IMG/VR virus record: IMGVR_UViG_3300021431_000080
Coordinates: 4,460-68,459 of that record
Length of the DNA stretch: 64,000 nt
Origin: a virus
Taxonomy: Duplodnaviria > Heunggongvirae > Uroviricota > Caudoviricetes
Reading direction: 5' to 3' (one strand)
Below are positions 54,055 to 63,178 of this stretch, piece after piece. The position numbers were made by a program, and so were the translations under genes. Below the pieces are notes generated by a model. That model was given only the letters and a program-made list of their open reading frames with translations, had not been told where the DNA came from and did not search any database. Position 1 is the stretch's first letter; every line of letters begins with the position of its first letter.

Positions 54055-54426
54055 ATGATTAAGGAGATTTACATAAGAGATGAGAACGATCCCTATTTCG
54101 AGCCGGGGATTATTGACTACTCGAACGAGATGGAAAACATTGTTTCACAGATCAAGATGATACTGGGGACGCGGAAGGGGCAGGTTCTCGGAGACTATGA
54201 CTTCGGTGTAGACCTTGAGTATATGGTGTTCAACACCAAGGTCGCCGCGAACGAAGTTAAGAAAAAGATTGATGAGCAGATTTCCCTGTATGTCAAACAT
54301 AGTCCGAAAATCACGATAACGACAGATGTCAACTTCGGTGACTCTGGACTGGGTTATGATTACGCTGTTATCGACATTTATATAAATGGTGGAAAGGCAA
54401 TTGGATTCCTTATCGATAAGGACTAA
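54055..54426 (+). CDS. Baseplate wedge subunit, gp25-like
   Basis: QIKMILGTRKGQVLGDYDFGVDLEYMVF. Confidence 0.8.
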   Translation: MIKEIYIRDENDPYFEPGIIDYSNEMENIVSQIKMILGTRKGQVLGDYDFGVDLEYMVFNTKVAANEVKKKIDEQISLYVKHSPKITITTDVNFGDSGLGYDYAVIDIYINGGKAIGFLIDKD

Positions 54427-54443
54427 AATGATCTGTTTTTGTG

Positions 54444-56504
54444 ATGGGAAAGGAAAACGATAAAAATAGAAGAATATACTCAACCGCCGTTATCGAGCAA
54501 ATGCTTGAAGATAGAAATAACGGATATGATATCGATTTCTCCCCGTTCTTTGAAAGAGATCTTGAATTGAGGGCACCGAATATAATTTTTGAGATGACAA
54601 GAGAGGAGAAGGAAGAGTATATGAAATGTGCCCAAGATCCTGTATATTTTATTGAAAATTATTGTAAGTTCAGAACTGACTACGGTGATACACTTGTTAC
54701 ATTGAGAGACTTCCAGAAGGAGATTATACATATAGCAACAGATGAAGAATATAATGAGGAACTTGATTTGTTTATTCCTAAGAACAGGAATGTGATCTGG
54801 ATGGCTGCACGTCAGAGTTCGAAAACAACCACACTTTGTGCTATTCTTGCTCATAAATTGATCTTTTCATATAGCAACTGTATTTGCTACGCAAACAAGG
54901 AAGATACTTCTAAAGAGTTGATATCCAAGACAAACCAGATTTTTAGAGGACTTCCTTTCTATATGAAACCTGGATGTTTGACATTTGGTAAGACTGGATT
55001 CCAACTTGACAATGGTTCTCGTCTTTTGTCTTCCGCAACGACAAATACGGCATCCATCGGTTTCACTATTCATTTCATGATTCTTGACGAGTTTGCACAT
55101 ATTCCTGAGAACATAGTCAACAATTTCTGGAGATCTGTTTATCCTACACTGTCTTCGTCTCAGGTTTCTCAGTGTATGATTATCTCGACACCCAATGGGG
55201 CAACGAATAAATTCTATGACATATGGAGTGGAAGTATTGAAGGGAAGAACAGCTTCAAGAATTACAGGGTTGACTATTGGCAAGTTCCTGGTCACGATCA
55301 GGCTTGGGCTGACAAGATGAGGAAGGACTTCGGTGAGGAAGAATTCGCACAGGAATTTGAGCTTCAGTTCAACAAGAACTCAAAGATGTTGATGAAACCA
55401 GAGGCTGCAGATTATATTTCTAGGATGATCACAACATTTGTTCCGAAACAAATCTATATCCAGAACCAGTACCTTAACGATCCATGTCTCCTCTGGCACC
55501 CCGATTTTGATCCGAACAACATAGATCCGAACGACAAGTTCCTCATGCTTGTCGACCTTGCTGAAGGAAACGGTGAAACCGACGAGAAGTTCGCTTCGAA
55601 GAAGAGGACACCAGACTCCAACTCAATCAACATATTCCGCATCCGCCCGAACTCCATAGCGAACATCCGAAGATTCTCCAACATTTCGTGCAAGATAACT
55701 GATTGTTTCAGGTTCGAGCAGATAGGAAGGTATTCCTGCAACACGGAGGACGAGGTCTACTGTGCCCGCGTGTGTTCAGCCCTTTCATATAACCTTTTCC
55801 ATGATAATGAGAGGGATTCTGTAAGGGTTGCTGTGGAGATGAACTTCAACGGAAAGTCGTTTTTCGAGGAGTTCAAACGTCACCAACAGTATTCTGGTGC
55901 GACAGTTGTCCGTACTTACCATACCAAGCCTATACCAGGCGAGAAGCAGAGGAAACGCTACGGAATAAAGACGACGCAAAACAAGGAGTCGTATTGTATA
56001 AAGGGTAACAAGATGCTCTCGAAGCACAGGATAATAATCCACTGCAAGGACACCTTCGAGCAGATGAAAGCTTTCGGATATCTGAGAGGGAAACTTACTG
56101 GAATAGCCTGCCACGACGACCTGTCGATGCCTGTGTTCAACCACATACCGAGGATGCTCGACGAAAGTGGGTTCGTATCATGGCTACAGGATTACCTGTT
56201 TATGTACAAGGATCAAGGTTTGGTATACAGGATAAACAGCATTATACAGCAGTGGGCTATGGAAAATCCAGATATGAGTGATGGGGACTTCGCTGCATTA
56301 TATGGGCTGAACGAGATGAGAACAAATCCTTACCAGCAGCCCATGAACACCAACCCGTACTCTGATTCAGGAGGATTGAGTCCATATGCGAACCAAGGTG
56401 GTGGATTGAGTCCGTATGCTGGACAGGGTGGATTGAGTCCGTATGCCGATCAGGGATCGTATTTTAATCCATATAGCAATGGTATACCGTCTACTTACAG
56501 ATAA
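54444..56504 (+). CDS. terL: Terminase large subunit, T4 gp17-like
   Basis: LRDFQ, Walker A ARQSSKTTT, Walker B ILDEFAH, ISTPNG, nuclease VDLAEG, HDDL. Confidence 0.92.
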   Translation: MGKENDKNRRIYSTAVIEQMLEDRNNGYDIDFSPFFERDLELRAPNIIFEMTREEKEEYMKCAQDPVYFIENYCKFRTDYGDTLVTLRDFQKEIIHIATDEEYNEELDLFIPKNRNVIWMAARQSSKTTTLCAILAHKLIFSYSNCICYANKEDTSKELISKTNQIFRGLPFYMKPGCLTFGKTGFQLDNGSRLLSSATTNTASIGFTIHFMILDEFAHIPENIVNNFWRSVYPTLSSSQVSQCMIISTPNGATNKFYDIWSGSIEGKNSFKNYRVDYWQVPGHDQAWADKMRKDFGEEEFAQEFELQFNKNSKMLMKPEAADYISRMITTFVPKQIYIQNQYLNDPCLLWHPDFDPNNIDPNDKFLMLVDLAEGNGETDEKFASKKRTPDSNSINIFRIRPNSIANIRRFSNISCKITDCFRFEQIGRYSCNTEDEVYCARVCSALSYNLFHDNERDSVRVAVEMNFNGKSFFEEFKRHQQYSGATVVRTYHTKPIPGEKQRKRYGIKTTQNKESYCIKGNKMLSKHRIIIHCKDTFEQMKAFGYLRGKLTGIACHDDLSMPVFNHIPRMLDESGFVSWLQDYLFMYKDQGLVYRINSIIQQWAMENPDMSDGDFAALYGLNEMRTNPYQQPMNTNPYSDSGGLSPYANQGGGLSPYAGQGGLSPYADQGSYFNPYSNGIPSTYR
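56370..56456 (+). repeat. Three tandem GGATTGAGTCC(A/G)TATGC repeats encoding GGLSPYAxQG
   Basis: Copies at 56373, 56403 and 56430 (periods 30 and 27 nt, in frame). Confidence 0.9.
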
Positions 56505-56524
56505 ATAAAAGAAAATACTTGGTG

Positions 56525-56881
56525 ATGAAAGACGATAAATGCCACTGTATAGTATGTGACCGTCCGTTCGACTACATGGATGAGTGGAGCCCGATGCTTC
56601 GTGACGATATCTGGAATGAAGTAATAAGATTCTACTGTCTTGAGGACGTGGAGAAATCTAACGCTGAGTTGTTTGACTACTATTATGATCTGTACAATAA
56701 GTATTATGGGACGAAACTTGGTGACGAGTGTTTCGACAAAGCTGGCGACTACCAAACTTTTATATGTTATCCTTGTATGGAGCGGGCATTAGGAAGGGAA
56801 CTCACCGTAGATGATCTGAACGGGGCGGATGTTCCTATAAACAGACGGTTTGTACAGAATGTGCTCAAATGGAGAAAATAA
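56525..56881 (+). CDS. Hypothetical Cys-containing phage protein
   Basis: CIVC...ML.DDIW...ICYPCMERALGRELTVDDL. Confidence 0.65.
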   Translation: MKDDKCHCIVCDRPFDYMDEWSPMLRDDIWNEVIRFYCLEDVEKSNAELFDYYYDLYNKYYGTKLGDECFDKAGDYQTFICYPCMERALGRELTVDDLNGADVPINRRFVQNVLKWRK

Positions 56882-56886
56882 AAAGA

Positions 56887-56920
56887 TTGCCTTGAAAAAA
56901 ATCAAGGCAATTTTCTTTTT
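56887..56920 (+). terminator. Intrinsic terminator
   Basis: TTGCCTTGA AAAAAA TCAAGGCAA then TTTTCTTTTT. Confidence 0.7.
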
Positions 56921-56934
56921 ATTGAAAAAATCAG

Positions 56935-56944
56935 TATCTTTGCA
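56935..56944 (+). promoter_or_regulatory. Class I promoter before the clpX operon
   Basis: AAAAAATCAG TATCTTTGCA, just after a terminator. Confidence 0.8.
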
Positions 56945-56956
56945 AAAAGAAGTGTC

Positions 56957-57235
56957 ATGAATCACGGAAGATGTAAAAACTGCTGGTGGTACAAGATGAA
57001 GCAAGGGACTCACTTTGTCGTCAGTGAGAGTTTACATAAACTTGTTGAGATTGAGGGGCGTGGAATATGCTTCATGCACAGTACAGGTATCGGGAAAGAG
57101 GGGTGTGAGGAATACCACGAAGTGAACGAATCTTCATGGTGTCCAGACTATGTGAACAGGAAGAAGGAGAAACAGACACTCGACGACTGGATTAAGTCGT
57201 GCTACGAAAAAGAACAAAACGAATCAAAAATATAA
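56957..57235 (+). CDS. Small Cys-rich hypothetical early protein
   Basis: CKNCWWY...C...WCPDY; downstream of TATCTTTGCA. Confidence 0.65.
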   Translation: MNHGRCKNCWWYKMKQGTHFVVSESLHKLVEIEGRGICFMHSTGIGKEGCEEYHEVNESSWCPDYVNRKKEKQTLDDWIKSCYEKEQNESKI

Positions 57236-57619
57236 ATGTTCAAAGAAGGAAAAAGATATTTCTATGACGGTTATGGAAATTTTATATTTATAAGACCTTT
57301 TACTGGAGAACGTGTGTCGATTTGTCTTGACAAGTCTGTTGTTCTTGAATACAAGAGTGGGAAGATGTGGAAAGGTGAGATATATTTCTCGATGGAAGGG
57401 TTCAAGGATCCAGAGAAGTTCGTGGAATATCTCAGTGAAAGCGAAAAGAGAAGAATAAAGGATTTTGAAAACGAATATGCGGGGTTCGCTCTGCAGGGAA
57501 TCCTGTCAAATAGAGAACTAGTGAACACAATAGATGGGAATATATACAAGAGGGTTGCTGAGTTGACAAAGCGGTTTGCACATGAAACCGCGAAACTGAT
57601 GATGTCGGACAACCAATAA
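57236..57619 (+). CDS. Hypothetical protein
   Basis: 127 aa; YAGFALQGILSN...AE...A..LM C-terminal motif common in phage proteins. Confidence 0.65.
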   Translation: MFKEGKRYFYDGYGNFIFIRPFTGERVSICLDKSVVLEYKSGKMWKGEIYFSMEGFKDPEKFVEYLSESEKRRIKDFENEYAGFALQGILSNRELVNTIDGNIYKRVAELTKRFAHETAKLMMSDNQ

Positions 57620-57636
57620 AACTAAGTGAGAGTGGT

Positions 57637-58752
57637 TTGAAAGAGGTTAAATTACCTAACGGATCTGAATTCAGATTTTATACACCGAAAGAGATAAAGG
57701 ATCACCTTGATGAGTACATAATAGGGCAGGAGGAAGCCAAGAAGACGCTCTCTGTCGCGGTGTATAATCATTACAAGAGAATTATACTGACATTCAACGC
57801 ACCTGATTCTCAGGTTGACAAGTCGAATGTTTTGATGGCTGGTCCAACAGGATGTGGAAAATCTGCCATGATAAAATGTATCGCCGATTTTATGGGTGTT
57901 CCGTGCTACATAGCCGATGCTACAACATTGACACAGGCTGGCTATGTCGGTGACGATGTCGAGAGTATATTGTGTGGACTGCTGAGGAACGCGGGATCGA
58001 GCGTTTCGCAGGCGCAGCTTGGAATTGTAGCAATAGACGAGATTGACAAGATTGCAAAACGCGGAAGCAACGAGCACATATCGAGGGATGTCGTCGGTGA
58101 GGGTGTCCAACAGGCTCTCCTGAAGATGGTGGAGGGCGATCTTGTCGGCGTTCCTCCCGCAGAGGGAAGGAAGCATCCAGAACAGCCTTTGATTTACATT
58201 GACACGAAAAACATCCTGTTCATAGGAATGGGCGCGTTCTCAGGTATAGAGGATGTGATTGAGGGGAGAATAACCCCGAATAAGAGAATCGGTTTCAAAG
58301 ACGGAAGCGATGATGAAGGTATAGAATACAACGGCAAAGCTTTCGAGTACATGTGTCAGGAAGACCTGATCAAGTACGGAATGATACCAGAGTTCATCGG
58401 TCGTTTCCCTATTCTTTGTAATGTGAACAAACTGAACAAGGAGGATTTGATGAGAATCCTAGTGGAACCGAAGAACTCGATATACAAGCAGTACAGGACT
58501 TTGATGCTTCTCGACAACATTGATCTTGAGGTGTCGGACAATGCACTGAAGCTTCTGGCTGAACTTGCCATAGAGATTGGTACAGGAGCAAGGGCGTTAA
58601 GAAGCCTGTTCGAAAGTGTCATGAATGAGTTCGTGTATGAATTTTCGAGTATGGAGATCAATGAGATTAAGAAGATTACCATAACTACGAAGATGATTAG
58701 AAAATATTTGAACAAAAGGTTCAAAAAATATATGGATAAAGTTTCAAAATAA
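57637..58752 (+). CDS. clpX: ClpX-like AAA+ unfoldase lacking the N-terminal zinc domain
   Basis: IIGQEEAKK.LSVAVYNHYKR, GPTGCGKS, GYVGDDVE, DEIDKI, GEGVQQALLK, RKHP, IGF loop, GARALRS. Confidence 0.92.
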   Translation: MKEVKLPNGSEFRFYTPKEIKDHLDEYIIGQEEAKKTLSVAVYNHYKRIILTFNAPDSQVDKSNVLMAGPTGCGKSAMIKCIADFMGVPCYIADATTLTQAGYVGDDVESILCGLLRNAGSSVSQAQLGIVAIDEIDKIAKRGSNEHISRDVVGEGVQQALLKMVEGDLVGVPPAEGRKHPEQPLIYIDTKNILFIGMGAFSGIEDVIEGRITPNKRIGFKDGSDDEGIEYNGKAFEYMCQEDLIKYGMIPEFIGRFPILCNVNKLNKEDLMRILVEPKNSIYKQYRTLMLLDNIDLEVSDNALKLLAELAIEIGTGARALRSLFESVMNEFVYEFSSMEINEIKKITITTKMIRKYLNKRFKKYMDKVSK

Positions 58753-58764
58753 AGAAAAAATAAG

Positions 58765-58774
58765 TATCTTTGCA
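58765..58774 (+). promoter_or_regulatory. Class I promoter before the gmk-clamp loader operon
   Basis: AAAAAATAAG TATCTTTGCA, 2 nt before ATG. Confidence 0.8.
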
Positions 58775-58776
58775 GT

Positions 58777-59301
58777 ATGAAGGATAAAGTTATCATATGT
58801 GTAGTCGGACCGTCGGGCAGTGGGAAAACCACGATGGGAAGGGTTCTCTGTGAGGCAACGGGGTACAACTGGATATGCAGCTACACAACTCGCCCGATGA
58901 GGGATAACGAGACGGACGGTGTGGATCACAGGTTCGTTAATGAATCCGACATGCCTGACAAAGACAAGATGATGGCGTACACGTTGTTCGGCAACTATCA
59001 TTATTGGACTACATTCGATCAGTTTGACGGCAACCGTCCGAATGTTTACATCATAGACGAGAAGGGTGTGGTTGAGATGGAGAGGATAATCCGCGAGAAA
59101 CAGCTTGACGGATACAAGCTTCTTAAAGTGTATGTGAAGCGAAGCAACATAGACGTTGATTTAGACAGGGTGAAACGTGATGATGAGAGGGATCTTCTTC
59201 CAGATGAAATCTACGATCTCATCATAGAGAACAACGGAACGCTTGAGAAATTCCTTGAGAACTCCACCAAGGCAATCAAGGAACTTGTCAGAAATATTTG
59301 A
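58777..59301 (+). CDS. gmk: Guanylate kinase
   Basis: GPSGSGKTT, SYTTRPMR..E.DGVDHRFV. Confidence 0.85.
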   Translation: MKDKVIICVVGPSGSGKTTMGRVLCEATGYNWICSYTTRPMRDNETDGVDHRFVNESDMPDKDKMMAYTLFGNYHYWTTFDQFDGNRPNVYIIDEKGVVEMERIIREKQLDGYKLLKVYVKRSNIDVDLDRVKRDDERDLLPDEIYDLIIENNGTLEKFLENSTKAIKELVRNI

Positions 59302-59324
59302 GAAAAACTAAAGCATAATATAAA

Positions 59325-60275
59325 ATGCCTGCTACAAATAAATTATTCACTGAGCTGTTCAGGGCTAAGAACATAGACGGATTGATTCTCCCTGAAAGAG
59401 TAAAGAACGATGTCTCGAAAGGACTTACGCAGAATATAATGCTATACGGACCACAGGGTGGTGGAAAGACTACCATAGCAAGAATCCTTACAGAGGGATA
59501 CGATGTCCTGAAGTTGAATGGTTCCGCAGAGAACGGTATCGATATCATTAGGGACAAAGTTGTCTCCTTTGCCAGTGCCATGTCAATCATGGGTGGTGTA
59601 GAGACAATCAAGGTCGTGTTCATCGACGAAGCTGACGGTCTGACGGCAAACGCATGGGACGCTCTCCGCGAAACTATAGAACACTATTCTTCGTCTGTCA
59701 GGTATGTCTGTACATGTAACAAGATAGACAAGATTCCTGCGCCCATCAGGAGCAGGTTCAACTGCGTACCCCTGTATCCTATAAACAAGGAGGAAGAGAA
59801 TTATATGTTGAACGGTTACTGTGAGTATGTTGCGAAGATTCTCACTGGATTCAAAATCAAGTTCGACAACGAGACTTTGATGCAGTTTGTGAAGAATAAC
59901 TTCCCTGACATGAGAAGTATTCTCAACTCAATACAAACTCTCTATGTACAGGATGCAACCGAGCTTAACAGAGAGAGTCTCATAAAGACGTTTGACTGTT
60001 CTGATCTATTCAACTTGATTGTGAACGGTGCTGATCCTGTCGAGAATTATAAGTTCATGATGGAGAACTACTCAACGAGTCCAGATGAGGCTATGTATGA
60101 GTTGAGCAAGAGTTTCTGTGACTTCATCAGGATGAACTATCCTGCATATGCGCAAAAAATCCCTTATATTATCATAACCATAGCTGAATATATGTCCCAG
60201 CTTCCTACCGCTCCAGACAGACTTCTTGTCCTTCTGGCTTGCTGTTTCAAGCTTCAAACTTTAATCAAAGGATGA
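59325..60275 (+). CDS. Sliding clamp loader ATPase subunit (gp44/RFC-like)
   Basis: GPQGGGKTT, NGS..NGIDIIR, IDEAD, CTCN, IRSR, FPDMR. Confidence 0.9.
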   Translation: MPATNKLFTELFRAKNIDGLILPERVKNDVSKGLTQNIMLYGPQGGGKTTIARILTEGYDVLKLNGSAENGIDIIRDKVVSFASAMSIMGGVETIKVVFIDEADGLTANAWDALRETIEHYSSSVRYVCTCNKIDKIPAPIRSRFNCVPLYPINKEEENYMLNGYCEYVAKILTGFKIKFDNETLMQFVKNNFPDMRSILNSIQTLYVQDATELNRESLIKTFDCSDLFNLIVNGADPVENYKFMMENYSTSPDEAMYELSKSFCDFIRMNYPAYAQKIPYIIITIAEYMSQLPTAPDRLLVLLACCFKLQTLIKG

Positions 60276-60276
60276 T

Positions 60277-61458
60277 ATGCGCAAGTTAGGGGCTATAATA
60301 GACTTCAACAACATAGCGATGAGATCCATGTTCACATGCCAGTACATGGGTGACGGTTCCGTACAGAATTTCGACACCGAGGAAGAGTGTGGGATTCTAA
60401 TAAGGAAGATTGCGTCTGATTTGTCGCTTGTGCTACGGACATTCTCCCCAGATCGAGTTGTTATCGCGTGTGATGCCAAGGAACCTTGGAGAAACGCGAT
60501 ATACGACGATATAGAGGGGATGACATATAAAGGAAACAGGGAAAAGGACGAGAACAAGAACTGGGTGAACATCTTCGGGGCGTTCGATGAGTTCAAGGAG
60601 CTGCTTAAAGTCAGCGGCATGGTCGTGACTGAACTCGACAATACAGAGGCTGATGACTTGGCTGCGCTGTGGAAGGACGCGATGTTTGCAGACGGGTTCA
60701 ATGTCGTCATGGTTTCATCTGACAAGGATTGGTCTCAGCTCGTATCTTTCGGCAATGGAAAGGACGTGAACGGGAATCAGTTCTGTATTTCATACAACCC
60801 AATCGCGACAAAGCAGTTCAGGAAGATATATGTCACTCAGGATTTCATGGACTGGTACAACACTGAGGATGTCGCCGACATATTTTTCAGCAACTACGAC
60901 GAGGCTAAGAACAAACTCAAGGACACCATGAGAGCTAACCCGAAGACCATTTTCGAAGTAATCGATCCAGATAGGATACTGATGGACAAGATTATGTGTG
61001 GTGACGATGGAGACAATATCCCTGCGTTCTATGAGTACTACAAGAACGGCAGGAAGACAAGGGTTACTCCGTTGAAGGCTGGTCATGTATACGAATCGTT
61101 GGAGGCGAAAAACGTGAATGATCTTGATAAGGGATCGCACGATGGATCCCTGAAGGCTGCTCTTGAGAAAGAGATGAAGAAGGAGATAGATGTCGATTTT
61201 GAGAAGAGGTTGAACAGACAGAGGTCTCTTGTTGAGTTGAACTCGGAGTTCTTCCCGAAAGAGGTCATGGACAGATTCGTCTCCCACGAACACAATATGA
61301 GAGGCACGGGTTTCATCCTTTCTTCGTCGATAAAGATGGAAACTATCCTTAAAGGTAGCAGGTTCCTGACAGAGAACTACAAGAAACCGAGAGAGAACTC
61401 GATATTCGACGATCTCAGTAGCCTTGGTAAGTTCTCCAAAACACCAAGTTTGTTCTGA
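60277..61458 (+). CDS. 5'-3' exonuclease / flap nuclease (T4 RNase H-like)
   Basis: IDFNN, YKGNR, EADD, SSDKDWSQL, GDDGDNIP. Confidence 0.88.
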   Translation: MRKLGAIIDFNNIAMRSMFTCQYMGDGSVQNFDTEEECGILIRKIASDLSLVLRTFSPDRVVIACDAKEPWRNAIYDDIEGMTYKGNREKDENKNWVNIFGAFDEFKELLKVSGMVVTELDNTEADDLAALWKDAMFADGFNVVMVSSDKDWSQLVSFGNGKDVNGNQFCISYNPIATKQFRKIYVTQDFMDWYNTEDVADIFFSNYDEAKNKLKDTMRANPKTIFEVIDPDRILMDKIMCGDDGDNIPAFYEYYKNGRKTRVTPLKAGHVYESLEAKNVNDLDKGSHDGSLKAALEKEMKKEIDVDFEKRLNRQRSLVELNSEFFPKEVMDRFVSHEHNMRGTGFILSSSIKMETILKGSRFLTENYKKPRENSIFDDLSSLGKFSKTPSLF

Positions 61459-62021
61459 TGGCAAAGAAAAAAGAAATAAATGAGGAACCACAGAAGGTTC
61501 AGATAGATCTTCTCGGTGCTATGCATGGTCAAGATCCGAAGATTGTTCCTGTGCCTGAGGAGGAAATCAAGGAGAAGAAATCCAACTCGTTGTTCGAAAT
61601 CATAGATGCTATATTCCGAAATAGGGGATATATAATGAATATGACGGAGCAGCAAGCCAACCAGAACGTGTTCATGGTTTTGAGGAGGATGGCTATAAAT
61701 TATCCCATTCAGGCTAACGTGTTCAACAATGGCAAGGTGAACGCTCTTGATGTGATAAAGTTTTGGTCTGATTATCTTTACTGTGGTACTGTTCCGAGAT
61801 GGGCTTACACATCTGGTGCATCTAAGCAGAAGAAATCCACCAAAGACGACATAACCAAAAACGATATAAAGGAGTATATTGAATTCTACGGCATAGAAAG
61901 GAAAGATTTTGACTTCGCTATGAAAATATATACGGACGAGACGGTGAATGATGTCAATGGATTCAAGGAGTACATGAAAAAAATAACTTCAAGCAATGGG
62001 AAAGAAGAGTCTGATAACTAA
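61458..62021 (+). CDS. Clamp loader A subunit (gp62-like)
   Basis: LFEIIDAIF....FMVLRRMA...A..FN pattern; close to the gp44-like gene. Confidence 0.5.
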   Translation: MAKKKEINEEPQKVQIDLLGAMHGQDPKIVPVPEEEIKEKKSNSLFEIIDAIFRNRGYIMNMTEQQANQNVFMVLRRMAINYPIQANVFNNGKVNALDVIKFWSDYLYCGTVPRWAYTSGASKQKKSTKDDITKNDIKEYIEFYGIERKDFDFAMKIYTDETVNDVNGFKEYMKKITSSNGKEESDN

Positions 62022-62025
62022 CGAG

Positions 62026-62520
62026 ATGATTAATCTTGTGAAATCTTCCATCGCAGAGATAGAGATAGAGAAGGTTTCATTTGATGAATATCGTGCATTT
62101 TCTGTAGGGAGGGTTACATTAACGAAGGAACCCGGCGAAAAAGTCTATATGTATCTTGACGAGACTTTCGACAACGAGTACAAGTCGTTGTGGAAAGCTG
62201 ATGTAGGAGAGGTTCTCAGGAAAGAGATGAGGAAGGAATTCCCTGAACTCTATATCTTGAAGGATTCCAAGTTCAAGGCACTTGTGAAGAAGATTTGCGA
62301 CGATGAGATGGATTCCTTCAAGGAAAACGGGTTCGTCCATTTCAAGATAGGCGATAACTCGTATACAATCATAAGAATAATAAAGCCTTTCCATGTCTTC
62401 TCATACAAGGACAGGTCGAACGACTACGCGATAGAGGAGAAGTTTGAGTCTTATATCATCGAGGATGAGGAAGACAAGAAGATCAAGGAGGAGGATCTAA
62501 AATCAACCGAACTGTTTTAA
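62026..62520 (+). CDS. Hypothetical protein
   Basis: Acidic 164 aa in the replication operon (track start 61996). Confidence 0.6.
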   Translation: MINLVKSSIAEIEIEKVSFDEYRAFSVGRVTLTKEPGEKVYMYLDETFDNEYKSLWKADVGEVLRKEMRKEFPELYILKDSKFKALVKKICDDEMDSFKENGFVHFKIGDNSYTIIRIIKPFHVFSYKDRSNDYAIEEKFESYIIEDEEDKKIKEEDLKSTELF

Positions 62521-63161
62521 TGCAAAACTTTCTATATGCGAACCAGATACAAAACATGCTTGCTCAACAGAAGGTCGACATGTTCGAGAAACTTCTGCAA
62601 TCGACAGGCAGGGAGGGTGTACATGAAGTGATAGAGTTCCTGAGGAAGACCGACTTCTACACCGCTCCAGCGTCGTCGAAGTTCCATTCGAATTACCAGA
62701 ACGGTCTCCTCGATCACTCTTTGGTCGTGTATGTTCTTGCTGATAAATACAAGGATCTTGTCCTGTCGGAGAAACCTGAGCTCAGCGACAAGATCAGTGA
62801 CGACAGGATAATAATCACATCACTTCTGCACGATGTATGTAAAAGCTGTATGTACATCCCGGCGAAGAGATGGAAAAAGGACAGTTCAAACAACTGGATA
62901 GAGTACCAAGGATATGAAATAAACGACACTTTCCCGATAGGACATGGAGAAAAGTCGGTCATAATGCTGCAGAATATAGGATTGGTCATGAACCCTGACG
63001 AGATGCTTGCGATAAGATATCATATGGGGTTCTTCGATGATTCTGGTTCAAACCTTAAGAACGCCCAATATTCGGCTATAAAGATGACACCTCTTGTTCC
63101 GATACTGCAGATGGCTGACTATACTGCATCGACAATGATTGAAAGTACAATCAAATATTAA
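62520..63161 (+). CDS. HD-domain phosphohydrolase
   Basis: APASSKFH...GLLDHS, LLHDVCK, GHGEKS, IRYHMG, ADY. Confidence 0.88.
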   Translation: MQNFLYANQIQNMLAQQKVDMFEKLLQSTGREGVHEVIEFLRKTDFYTAPASSKFHSNYQNGLLDHSLVVYVLADKYKDLVLSEKPELSDKISDDRIIITSLLHDVCKSCMYIPAKRWKKDSSNNWIEYQGYEINDTFPIGHGEKSVIMLQNIGLVMNPDEMLAIRYHMGFFDDSGSNLKNAQYSAIKMTPLVPILQMADYTASTMIESTIKY

Positions 63162-63178
63162 AACGAAATATACGATAT

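Noticed and set aside
54444-56504. Intein or intron in terminase, ligase, UvsX or helicases
   Set aside because: Lengths and motif spacing are normal; no intein C/S...HN termini or LAGLIDADG blocks seen.
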